NCBI GenBank assembly: GCA_951804945.1
Contig: OX638155.1
Location: forward strand, 70,246,001 to 70,310,000
Direction: 5' to 3'
Length of the DNA: 64,000 nucleotides
Source: Podarcis cretensis
Taxonomy: Eukaryota
Below are positions 10,103 through 21,589 of this stretch, piece after piece; within the stretch, counting starts at the first letter, position 1, and each line of letters opens with the position of its first letter. The translations under genes were made by a program, and so were the position numbers. Under the pieces are notes generated by a model that had not been told where the DNA came from, did not search any database, and saw nothing but the letters and a program-made list of their open reading frames with translations.

Positions 10103-12672
10103 TCGGCAACCTAGAAGTTTGAGCAAAACCTGGGCGGCGTCCAGCACACCTGTCCCATGGTTTTAATGTTTGAAATTTTATTCTGTTTTTAGTGTTCTGT
10201 TGGGAGCCGCCCAGAGTAGCTGGGGAAACCCAGCTAGATGGACGGGGTATAAATAATAAAATTAGTAGTGGTAGTACAAGGACTGTGCAATGGGATATTC
10301 CCCCCTGTGCATGCCCTAAATCTGTTTTGGGAATTCTGCGAACCCATTGATTTGGCATGGGTGCAGAGTACATGTGGGGGGAGGAAAAGGGAGAAGTACC
10401 TTTGCTCGAAAAATAAATCCTTGCAGATCCTCGGGGGGGGGGGGGAGAGTTTTGTCTCACGTTCATGAAGCCTGTCATTAATTGCATCTCAGAATTCTTT
10501 AGGTTTAAATGAGAGGGAGAGGGAGATGACACAAAGTGCCTGTTGCTGCTTTGTTTGGAAAGGAGTATCAGATTCCAGCTTGTGCTCCAGTGGAATTAGT
10601 TTTATTTTGACTGGGTGGTTCTTGGTGTATCTGTTGTACTTTATAAATGCTCTAGGCCACTTTGAGGACTGATGAAAAATCAAAATATAAATCGTCTATA
10701 TAAGTATTGAACTCAGATGCCATTCTAATTTGACAAACCCCAATATGAAATGTTAAGAAGTTTCATAATTCTAGTGTAAACGAATTTATAAAATACAGTG
10801 TGAATATAGGTTTTCTGCCCTCACAATCTAAAGCATAACTGAGGAGTAGGGTTTAACAGAGCGGCAGGGCTGGAGCTACAAATGTGATTTAGGGAGCAAT
10901 CCTACGCACACAAAACTGGCATAAAATAAGCTGTTGTAGTTATACCAGATCCAAACCCTGTTCAGTAGCAGGGTTGTTTTTGCTCTGTCAAAATCAGAGA
11001 GGAAACAAGCCTTTAAAATGGTGTTCTACACTGGATTGCCAGGTCACATGACCAAGCTGGGCAAGTTTAGGATCCAGCCTAGCCCCCTTTTCTGGTTGCA
11101 GACCTGGAACACCCCTGTTTTTGAACCTACTTGGGCCTCGGCTCAGCTCCAGCTCAACCAAGATGAGCAAGTTACACTGTTGTATCTTCAGCTGAGCTGG
11201 GAATTAGCCAGCTGAACCAGAAATCTGCATTGTAAACTGCTAATTGCAACATGTCTTGCCATAGGATTGCCCCCTAAATCTGGATCATGTCAATGCCGTA
11301 ATATGATAGTAGGGTTAGTTTGGGATTCAGAGGATCCTAGGCCAGCTCAGCCCCTACCTGGAATGTTCCAATTCAGGGTTTTCTGCCAGCTGCTGGTGGC
11401 AGAATCCCCCCCATTAGCACCTCCACCTGCATGTTCAGTGGGTGGAATGGAGAGTTGTATGCCAGCAGTGATGCATTACTCCACAAGTAGAGGCCGGTAG
11501 GGCTAGGCGGAGGGACACCTCCACTCAATCCAACTTTCTCCTTAACCCCTCAGGACTTGGATTGCAGCCTAACTTCTCTAACATTTTAGTAAAATGAGTT
11601 AGCCAGACTGTTCTTTTCACTAAAATGTGACATTGTTTATAATATTTTGTGTGTTATAATAAAAGGACAGTTTTTCTCTCACATTGCTAAGCTTTGTTCT
11701 CATTGCTTTGTTTCAATTTTCATATTCCTTTTAATATATTTTCAGAATGTCACACAGAAAATGAAATAAAAGCAAGAGATCCCATCAGATGCAGAGAATG
11801 TGGATACAGAATAATGTACAAAAAAAGAACAAAAAGATGTATCCTTCTATGTGGGCCTGTTCATTGCTTGATTACTGCATGCTGATCCTAACTACCTGAA
11901 CTTTTAGAATTTGTTTAGAGTTGCTGTAATGTGATGGCGTAATTTTACACTAATAAAGGTCTACAAATCTCATCAGTACTTAAAATACTTGTGCTGCAAT
12001 ACTTTGATCCACTTTATATATTACATTTCATATACAGATACTCTGGTTGGTAAGTGTGTTCTTTGCCTGTCTTTATTATACACAGCTTGGATGGATTAGT
12101 CATATTGTGAAGTGTAATGGGTAAACTGGTCAGCCATAAATATTTTCAACTAAGGTTGTTAAAACACATAGCACCATACTTGTGCATATGTATATACTAT
12201 ACCCTAGTTGCTTTTATTTGCATGTCAGTGCCATTGCATTCAGTGGTGTTTAAATAGATCAGGGGTTGTCAACCTGGTCCCTACCGCCCACTAGTGGGTG
12301 TTTCAGGATTCTAGGTGGACAGTAAGGGGTTCTACGGCACAAGCTGAATCCTCCTATTGAGCACTGGTGGGCGGTAAGGAAATTTTACCATCGAGAAAGA
12401 TGCATTAGTGGGCGGTAGGTATAAAAAGTTTGACTACCCCTGAAATAGATAGAACAGCTGATTGCAGAGGGAGATGTGAAAGTTACATCTTGAACATTGG
12501 AAAGAAGCACAAAGCACAAACTTTCTGCTTCTTGCTTATGCCTCATGTTGAAATGTGTTAGGAGCGTGAAATAATTGCTTGCATAATTCTTATAACTAAC
12601 CAGGGTTTTTTCTCATGCTCTCCAGCTTTTTTCTTTAACTCTACTATAGTGGTTGTGTTTGATGCCCGATGA
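9863..12672 (+). CDS. POLR2K: DNA-directed RNA polymerases I, II and III subunit RPABC4 (RPB12), complete, 58 aa
   Basis: Exons 9863-9923, 11746-11838 and 12650-12672 total 177 nt: [58 protein letters not shown]; C4 zinc ribbon. Confidence 0.97.
10057..10099. repeat. (CT)n microsatellite
   Basis: Seen directly. Confidence 0.95.
10161..10263 (+). mobile_element. 3' end of an L2-clade LINE
   Basis: GGAGCCGCCCAGAG...GGGGTATAAATAATAAA, homologous to the terminus of the 37.5-kb copy. Confidence 0.7.
11746..11838 (+). CDS. POLR2K: POLR2K coding exon 2
   Basis: ttcag|AA TGT CAC ... AGA T|gtatcctt. Confidence 0.95.
11839..12649 (+). other. POLR2K: U12-type (minor spliceosome) GT-AG intron of POLR2K
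   Basis: 5' splice site GTATCCTT; branch site TTCTTTAAC at 12631-12639 close to the AG at 12648-12649. Confidence 0.9.
12260..12442. mobile_element. hAT-type MITE inside the POLR2K U12 intron
   Basis: TIR CAGGGGT(T/A)GTCAA; 8-bp TSD AAATAGAT. Confidence 0.88.
12650..12672 (+). CDS. POLR2K: POLR2K last coding exon
   Basis: tatag|TG GTT GTG TTT GAT GCC CGA TGA. Confidence 0.93.
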
Positions 12673-12790
12673 AGAAAACAGAAGATGCATCTGGCTTATT
12701 GCAATGTACTTTATTCATGTTAGACTTTGATTTTCTTATGGGCAAATGCTTTCTTCCATTCTGACAGTGTGTAAATTATTCTGTTATGAC

Positions 12791-12796
12791 AATAAA
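12791..12796 (+). terminator. POLR2K polyadenylation signal
   Basis: AATAAA about 120 nt after the stop, followed by U/GU-rich sequence. Confidence 0.7.
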
Positions 12797-13400
12797 GTTT
12801 TATTCCAGTACTTGGTTGACATTTTTGCCAGTAATGAAATCTGAGAAAACTTTTTAACATCTTTTAAAGTTCTATAATATCACCCACTACCATAAAATCT
12901 AATTCTCTTCCTACCTGGGAACAAAAGGGATACTATTTTATGTTAATAATGATCCCATTTCTTTGGAACAGCTGGCAACTAATACAGGAAATCTGAATTT
13001 CGAGTGGTTCCAGATACACCAATGACAACATTTGTTATTGGACGTAGGATTGAAAACACAGGCTAGCCAGCCATTAACATGGTTAGAGAATTTAATATCT
13101 ATGTGTGACCATGGAAGGGTATGGTGTCATTAATTTATGGAGGATTTGTAAGCAATTTGATAGGCCCTCTAGAGGGATTATGGGAGGGTATGAGAGACAG
13201 TTGTGAGTGTGACTGGACACAACTTTAGACAAACCAATTAAATCTGTCTCAGCATATGTTTGGGAAAATTCTATCAAGATAATCCATAGATGATATAGGA
13301 CACTGGTGCAATTACCCCATATGACATGGATTTGCAGCTTCCTTTTGGGAGGGATGCAATCACAGGGAAACATGTCCCCTTTGGTTGTCTTTCCCTATAG

Positions 13401-13661
13401 GTAAAGGTAAAGGGACCCCTGACCGTTAGGTCCAGTCGTGGACAACTCTGGGGTTGCGGCGCTCATCTTGCTTTACTGGCCGAGGAAGCCGGCGTACAGC
13501 TTCCGGGTCATGTGGCCAGCATGAATAAGCCACTTCTGGCAAACCAGAGCAGCGCACGGAAATGCTGTTTACCTTCCCGCCGGAGCAGTACCTATTTACC
13601 TACTTGCACTACGTGCTTTCAAACTGCTAGGTTGGAAGGAGCTAGGACCGAGCAACAGGAG
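13401..13661 (-). mobile_element. Sauria SINE, 5'-truncated
   Basis: (CTTTAC)n tail and characteristic core; 12-bp TSD CTTTCCCTATAG. Confidence 0.92.
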
Positions 13662-15077
13662 CTTTCCCTATAGCCCAGGATTATTGATGGACAATACCTT
13701 TGGAAGTACCACAAATTATCCAGGAGCATGTGGACTTCACTGCTTAGTGTAGTGGTTATGAAAGGGAAAAAGAAACCACACACACATTTTATCCTGTTTG
13801 ATGGTCATTTATTACATTGGCCAACAAATCAGGTTCACAAAACAACTTGTCACCAGCATCATCACAAATTTGGATGTCATTATATTTCTGCTCTGAAATT
13901 TATCCTTGGATATCTCAATCTCTTCTGGCTGAAGGAAATGGTGACATTATCTTGGCAATATACTCTGTAAGAACAACACAGGCAACAGTGACTATGTATA
14001 AGAATGAATGTGATTACTTACCTGGATTCTGCCACGGAGGGGGAGTTGTTTTTTTATTTCTTGTTATACTCAATTTCAATTTTGTGACTTTGTACAATAT
14101 GTATATCATTGAAAAACCAATTAAAATAGTTAAAAGTTCATTTAAGGTCGAATATGATTGTAGCATCTAAGTCAAACAGGTGACTAAATCTAGTTGATAG
14201 AATCTCTTATGTCTGAGGGGATGGAAAGAAACATGGGGTGATGATAGTGGGTTCAGAACCAGGTTAGTGTAATGGTTAAAAGAATCAGACCTTGATCATG
14301 GAGATCAAGGTTCAAATGCTTGCTTGGAATTGAGGGCATCAGATCTATTTTTCCTTAGTTTTGTGTATTTTGCAGATACCTAATAACTTGTCCTAAATGC
14401 CCTGCCATCTGATGGTGCAGAAATAATACAAATTGCCAGCAGCTGAGTGAAGAACCAAGTATTGTCTCCATTTACTGTTCCTATGCCATCAATTTCCAGC
14501 AAGCAGATGGAGGAAAGCTGGATCTCTTTTTTTCTATATTGTGTTAAATTGCAGCGCAACCCTGACATCTACTCAGAAATAAATCCTGTTGAACTTGAGG
14601 GTTAGGCTAAGGCTGCAACTCTAACTCCACCTAGTAGTGTGAGGCCCCATTGATTTAAATAGGATTTGCATCTCTGTGTACAGGGTTAGAATTGTGCTAC
14701 TACTTGTGTATTTATTCCATTGTGCAGGTATCTTGTTTGCCTCCTTGAGCCTACTAATGAAAAGCCACCTTTAAGGCGGCATTTCGGTTGTACTGTTCTT
14801 ATAGCAGAAGTTTGGTCCTGGGTGTTTGTTTTTTTTATTAATTATGATGATGCTTTTTAGTTGCTGAACTTCCTTGTTTTTATTGCCCGCTGATTTTGTT
14901 CGGCGAGTGTAAAACACGGTGGAATTGGGATATATTTAGAACAAATTCAATAGACAAGAAGACGAAACATTAAGCCGTTTTTAGATGTACGCTTTAATGA
15001 AGTGCGGGAGGAGGGGAACGAGAGCCTGCCTTCACAACGTTGGCAATCCGCCCTTTCCAGAGCGGCGGCGAAGCAGC

Positions 15078-15091
15078 GTCTCCTTAGCAAC
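15078..15091 (+). promoter_or_regulatory. RFX X-box-like motif
   Basis: GTCTCCTTAGCAAC closely fits the X-box consensus with a perfect RGYAAC half-site, in the promoter of a ciliary gene. Confidence 0.7.
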
Positions 15092-15166
15092 CGCCCCGCG
15101 CGAGCCTGGGTGAAGACTGTCTTCCTCGGGCGACGGCGCTGAGCTGGTGGTGGGCCGCTCGCCTTC

Positions 15167-15177
15167 TGCGCATGCGC
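15167..15177. promoter_or_regulatory. NRF1 motif
   Basis: TGCGCATGCGC within the CpG island. Confidence 0.6.
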
Positions 15178-15747
15178 TTGAGGGGGTACGTTTTGTTGCT
15201 CGAGCGAATTCTATTTAAAAAGTGGCTCTCGGCGGGGCCACCTGTAGGGTTTCCCTCAGCGGCGCCGGTTCAAGGCCGCTCCGAGCGGCGAGGGGCGGCG
15301 GCAGAGCGTTGCTGGGGTCTCTCTCCTGTGGAAAGGACGTTGGAGTGGCGGCGTTCGCTGGGGAAGGAAGCAGGTAGGAGCGTCCGGTGCCGGGCAGGGG
15401 ATGCTGTGTGTGGCCGTTTGAGGATAACGGCAGGAGGAAGAGGGAGGGCGAGGAATCGCGGAGGATGGATGGGGAGGGCTGTGGGAGATCTGGGGGGGGG
15501 GCGAGTCTAGGGTGACGCAAACGGGGAAGGTGCGATGGTGCTAGAGGCAGCTATAATTGGTAGAACAGGCTTCATAGGGGGGCAAACAGGTGGTGGTGTC
15601 AATGTATGTTTTTCTTCCTTTAAAATAAAATTAATTCTGATTTTTCTCTCCAGTAAGTTCAGGGTATGCTTTTCTCTGACTGTCTTCACAGCAACCCTGT
15701 AAGGTAGGATAGATTGTGGTGGTAATTGGCCTGAAGTCACTCAGCTA

Positions 15748-15892
15748 CAAGGGTGTAGCCAGATACCCCCCAAATCAAGTAAATAAATAAAAATACTCAA
15801 GTAACTGACCAATCGTGTCACATGGAGCTCAGTTCTGCCCCCCAACATAAATCCTGCCCCCCCCCACAACATAACTCCTGGCTATGCCTGTG
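15748..15892. mobile_element. hAT-type MITE
   Basis: TIR CA.GGGTGTAGCCAG; TSD CTCAGC(T/C)A. Confidence 0.78.
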
Positions 15893-15997
15893 CTCAGCCA
15901 CATGGTCATTTGAAACTGCAAAAAGCCTCAAGGGTATATATTACATGGGCAGCATACATGAACAGCTGTTATCTTTCATGCTCCTTTTCCTACCCCC

Positions 15998-16116
15998 CAT
16001 GGGTGTAGCCAAGGGGGGCAGCTGGCCCCCAATCAATTAAAATCAATACAAATTTGAGGTTCTGCCCCCCCTAACAACAGCCTGCCCCCCTAACCAAAAT
16101 CCTGGCTATTCCCATG
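15998..16116. mobile_element. hAT-type MITE (related family)
   Basis: TIR CATGGGTGTAGCCA / TGGCTATTCCCATG; degenerate 8-bp TSD. Confidence 0.72.
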
Positions 16117-17689
16117 CCACCCACCCTCATTGCTCTAAGAGTGAACATAGGGGTGTGACTGCTGTTGCTAAGGTCAGTTCTTGATTTTTGTGTGAATTGG
16201 GGCTAAGGCTGTAGAAATTACTTTGATAAAGGGGCGCTGGCTAGGCCCTTAAAATATTCATGGTACAGGTCCCTACCACAAATTTGTATGTGCTTTATAC
16301 AGATAGATACAAATTTAGACCTCTGGGCACATTTAGATGGTTGGTGGCTGGAGTCTTGCCAGCTCTGTGCTTTACATCTATGCCCAGATGCCCTGTAAGC
16401 AAATAAAAGCATTTTATTTATTTATTTTAATTTATTTTTTAAAAAGGAGAGAGAAGGAGATTGGGGACCCAACACAAATGATCCAGTCATTTCAGACTTT
16501 CATATAGAATAAAGCAGAATACCTTCAAAATGTTGTTATTTTGGGAGCTTGCTGCATGTACTGAAAAAGTGAGGCTTGCCTCCATGGTGTTGTGAAACTG
16601 CGTACGGCAGGGCCTAATCTCAGGAGATGGTGATCTGAAATTTCTGAGCTTTGTGGCTCACTTCAGTACATAGCAACAGTTGCTAGTGGATTATTTATTT
16701 ATTTGCTGCAACCTGTTTCTTTTTTTTAACTGTAGAGGGCATTGTCCTTGAATTATTCTTTATAAAAAACGTATTTCCCCATTACAGTGCTGAAATTGTG
16801 TTTTGATGCTACGTTGTAGGCTCAAATGATTCTTGTTTTGTTTTTTAAGTTTCAAAATGGTGATGGGTCAGAATTTTCTGGCATCCCATTTTCATGGGAA
16901 ATTACAGGGTTTGTTTGTTTGTTTTTTAATTGATGCTGACATTTTGCATTTGTTAACCAGTACACGGTAAAATACTCAGTTTTCTTATAAACTGTAGCAT
17001 TATAAACCATGTTCAAGAAATGAGCTTGTAGGTATTCTGTATGATTTGCATAAGGAGAACAGAAGGTAAATAATGTGGAAAATCTCTCACAACAGATAAT
17101 TCACAAATACACAATGTTCTCTGAACCTATGATTCTCTAAGATCATCAGTCACATGATTTGCAGACAAGATTCAATCAATGGATTTATTTATATGCAGAA
17201 GGGTCTGAGAAGAATTCTCACAAATAGGATTATGTTCAGTTAGTCTGTATTATGGAAAAAAGTTTGACATTCAGATGGCTGCCAAATCTGAATGAACATA
17301 AACATTATGAAGTCTGTATTTGGCATGTTGTAATAAAAAGCAACTGTTATTGCAAATACAAATAAGAAAACAGTCACTGCAAAGATTTAGAAAAAAACCC
17401 AGAATTATACATGTGAAAAATTCTGCTGAGGAAATTCTTTTCACATAATCATGTTTTTTTTCTAGCAGTAGCTATTTATACATATAAGCATTCATAGTGC
17501 ATAAAGTACTACCCACACAGAAAGTCTTGGTCCTATAAATTGTTCCATTTCAATGGACTGAAGCTAGAAGGATTTAAAACAGGTGCATATGTAACATAAG
17601 AGATTATAACACATTATTCAGTGAGCTTATGCAATTTCAAAATATACATGAACACTGGGAAAATTTAATTACCGTTTATATTTCCAGTT

Positions 17690-17829
17690 ATGAGTGCTGA
17701 CCAAGTTTCATGCTTGTTAAGCCAAGGAACAACAAAAACATATCAAATTCCTATTGAGCATCTAGACTACAAATTCATTGAAACATGCAAAGATGTTAAA
17801 CATTTGGAAAAGATTCTTAAGATATTAAG
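17690..17829 (+). CDS. SPAG1: SPAG1 coding exon 1
   Basis: ccag|TTATG AGT ... TTA AG|gtaaac; [29 protein letters not shown]. Confidence 0.92.
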
Positions 17830-20800
17830 GTAAACATTTAAATTACATATTTATTTTATTATGGTTTACATATTTTTATTCGTATTAACTAGAAACTAAC
17901 AAGGCCACCACTTCTTTTGTAGACCTTGTCAGAAAACTTGTTTAAAAGCTAAATATTGTAATAATTTTAAATAAGTGAAAATAGTTTAGTCTTGCTAGCA
18001 TGGCATTAGTATAAGATAAATTGGTTGTTTAGACTGAGAAGGTGATATATTTATACTAGCTAAGGCTGGGATATTCAGATTTAAGATTTTACAGATCTTT
18101 TGGTCATGCAGAATTGAGCCATTGAATGGTTATTGAGCTTAAAAAAGCAATACAAAAACAATACAAAATGTAGCAATGTCAGCTGTAAACTACTTACAAG
18201 TCTAGAGCAAATCAAACAAAAATAGTGGAAGTCTTTATCTCAGAAGGGGGGGGGGTGTTATAACAACTCCTGAAGTTAATATTTATGGTTTATGCTTTAA
18301 AAATTGCTATTAGTGATATCTAATGTTGTATGTGCGGAGGTCCACTCATCCAGCAGGACTTATTCTTTCTCTGCACTCTCTCTTGAGTTTTCCCTAACCT
18401 GTCATAGCATATTTTGAGGATGCATGGGGGCTACAGGGGACAGAAGAGAATTCCTGTTGTGCTTACAGAAGCTCGTATAATGTCACATTTATTAATTTTT
18501 AGATCTGGTGAAGAAGGCTTCTACCCTGATCTTGTATTATTTTGTGAAAAACGCATTGAGTCTTTGGCTCCAAATAGCAGAGCTCTGCGAAGAGATAAAC
18601 CTGCAGCCACTGCTTCTGATTTTACTACTGCGGAATGGCAAGAAATAGAGAATGAAATGAAGGTATTCCCCTTCTTCATTCTGTAGCATGCTAATTTTGT
18701 ATGTGACTTTTAAATAACAAATAGTTGTTGCCTGGTAAAAAAAACAATTTCAGATTTTGAAATATGTTTATGTTTTCGATTTCTTTCAGAGCTGGATTAC
18801 CGAAATGAAAGAAGATGAGTATAAAATGCGGTATGCTACAACGGAAGTATTCAGGGAGAAAGTGGAAAATTTGCCACCAGTTCGTAGTTCAGATAGCTCT
18901 CTTCCTTCTAGACAGGTGGGAATCTGTGTTTCTATACAATATTCAATATCTATATATGATTTTTTTAAAAAATGTGTTGTTGGCATCTGACTAAGTCATA
19001 CCCTGAAGGAGACCCAGTGAAATCATGGCCAACTTGTCCCTATTTCAGTAGGTCTACTCTGAGTATGACTTGGTCATATATCAAATGGGAGGGGGAAAAC
19101 ATCTAATAACCCTGGAGAGAAGTACTCCACAATAGAACATTTTGTCACAGGACCCTACATTTAAATTCTGTGAGTGCCAATCGTGTAAAAGGAAGCTATC
19201 AGTAGGTTCAGGGCATCTCAAAGGTTTGCAGAAGTAGGAAAAAAGGACAAACAAACCCCAATCAGCCCAGTGATGGCAGAGCATTCCATGCCCACTAACT
19301 GGAGGTGAGGAATGGAAAGCTGGAGGGGGAGGGGCTGGATTCTTGATGAGATAGCACTCTGTGCTGCAATGGTTAATTGCAAGTCCCACTTGGTTATGTA
19401 TGTTTGCAAATGATATGTTTGCAATTCTCATTTTTTCCCATATGAGAATTTTTAATATCGAAATATTGAAATTTATTCTTAGTTGATAAGCACATGATTG
19501 TAGAAAGGATAGCAAGTGATTGAGTTACTTACTGAACATATGTGAACTCCAAAACCTCAGTTTGAGCTAGCTAAAACATGTTATAATGCTCATATTACAT
19601 GAAATGAAAAGTAACAAAACAAATTCTTTGATGAAGCTTATTTTTTTATATCTTCTCATTCTAGAGCAAAACTTCAAGAAATGGTGTAGTAAAGAATAAA
19701 AATGTACCAAGGGACTATAGAGAGTGGGATAAGTATGTCAGATACCTTCTGCATATTGTTTAATTCAGTTATTTTCTAATGTTCTATTTAGGTTGGTTTT
19801 GAAAAAGGAAGGTTTGTTTCTATGTTAACGTTCCCTTGAAATTCTCAAAATCTCACAGGGCTAACTATAGACAAATGGTATTCGAAAGTCTAATATTAAT
19901 GGAGAACTTTACACAAAAATTGCATGTTGGGAGAAAGCATTCTAAATATGATGAGTTGTATTCAACATCATGCTAAGGCAAGTATTTGATTTGTGCAATA
20001 ATTTTTCCTTGCACAACATCTTGCTTGCCCTGCCAATATCCTCCTTAAATTGTGGTGCCCAGACCAGGACACAGTACTCCAGGTATGGTCTTTCCAAGGC
20101 AGAATAGAGCAGTACTATTACTTCATTTGATAGGGGCACTATACATCCTAGAATAGCATTAGCCTTTTTTGGCTGCTGCATCACACTTTTGACTCACATT
20201 AAATGAGTGGTCTACTAAGACACCTAGAGCCTTTCCCACATCTTATTTTTGTACAGCTGATTCTTCCTACTTAAGAGTAGAACGTGCCCACTGCTGCAGG
20301 TCAGTTGGTTAGAGTGAGGTGCTGATAATGCCAAGATCATGGGTTTGATCCCTGTATGGGCCACCTGCATATTCCTACATTGCAGATTAATGGTCCATCA
20401 TATCCTTAAACTATGTAGGTGTGAAGTCTTGCTATAGTTAAACACACATTTGTATAATTTATGGATGTTTATTATTATAATGTAAATATATTAAATGCTT
20501 TTCCATTTTTTAAGGTTTGATGTGGAAAAAGAATGTTCCAAAATTGATGGTTATGAGGAAAATAAGAGTAAACCCAGCTTTAAAACAACTAACAAAGGGT
20601 TACCAAAATCTGATATAGACACAACAGGTAGGTTTTCATTCAATACTACAGTGATTTTGGTTGCTGTTGCCTTTTATTGAAAAATAAGAAATCTGCTACT
20701 CATAGGAATCCCTGTTTTCAAAAATACTGTGACTTGATGCTCATATAGAATTATGACAATTTTATATGAATTTGTTTTTCAGTATTGTATGCATTGTCAG

Positions 20801-21553
20801 TAACTCCTGTATATATCCAATGTCTGCCTATCCTTTCCCAGAAACATTTACCCCCACTTTACCATGTTACTTCAAAATTCAGTAATGTAGTCAGTACTGC
20901 TGGATTACAGTATTTAAAAATCCTGTGTTTTTGATTGCATAATTCTGCTAAGGTAGTAGATAAATCAGCAATATAGCTAGAAAACATTTTTTTGTAAACA
21001 GGGTTTTAAAATGTTATAACCCTTACCTTGAAAAAAATAGTATACCCTTAAACAATAAAGCAAAAAATTCCAAAGTGTAATTTCAACCACTGTATAACTG
21101 CCCACTTTGACTGCCACTAGTATTTCAGGATCTCAGAGGTGCTTCCCAGCCTTGTTACAGGAGTTCCTTTTAACTGGACAGACTAATAATTAAATTTGTT
21201 ACCTTCTGTATACAAAGTATGTGTTCAACTATTGAGATATAGCATGTTGCCTGAAGTGGGTGGAGACTCAAATCAACACAATAGAGCACTTGTAGATTGT
21301 GTCTTTTACAATATTCTCTCTCTCTTATTATTTCTCTGTAGTGTTAAAGAGAAATTTTGGTTTTGCCTGCAATTTTTCTTCCTTTAATATGTAATAGATA
21401 TTTTCTAGGTTTGACTACAAAGGAAAAAATCTTCATTGCTAATCGTGAAAAAGAAAAAGGAAATGAAGCATTTGTTACAGGAGACTACAAAGAAGCCATT
21501 ATCTACTATACTCGGTGAGTCATCCATAGTAATTATTAGCCTGCTGCAGTAGC

Positions 21554-21589
<36 letters not shown>

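Larger units (their letters stand above)
14990..15540 (+). promoter_or_regulatory. SPAG1 CpG island/promoter
   Basis: Strong CpG island about 2.2 kb upstream of the SPAG1 ATG exon. Confidence 0.8.

Noticed and set aside
10017-10532. 171-aa minus-strand ORF with RE repeats
   Set aside because: It runs through an L2 tail and a (CT)n microsatellite; spurious.
15172-15520. ORFs on both strands in the SPAG1 CpG island
   Set aside because: Stop-poor GC-rich sequence with no homology or exon support.
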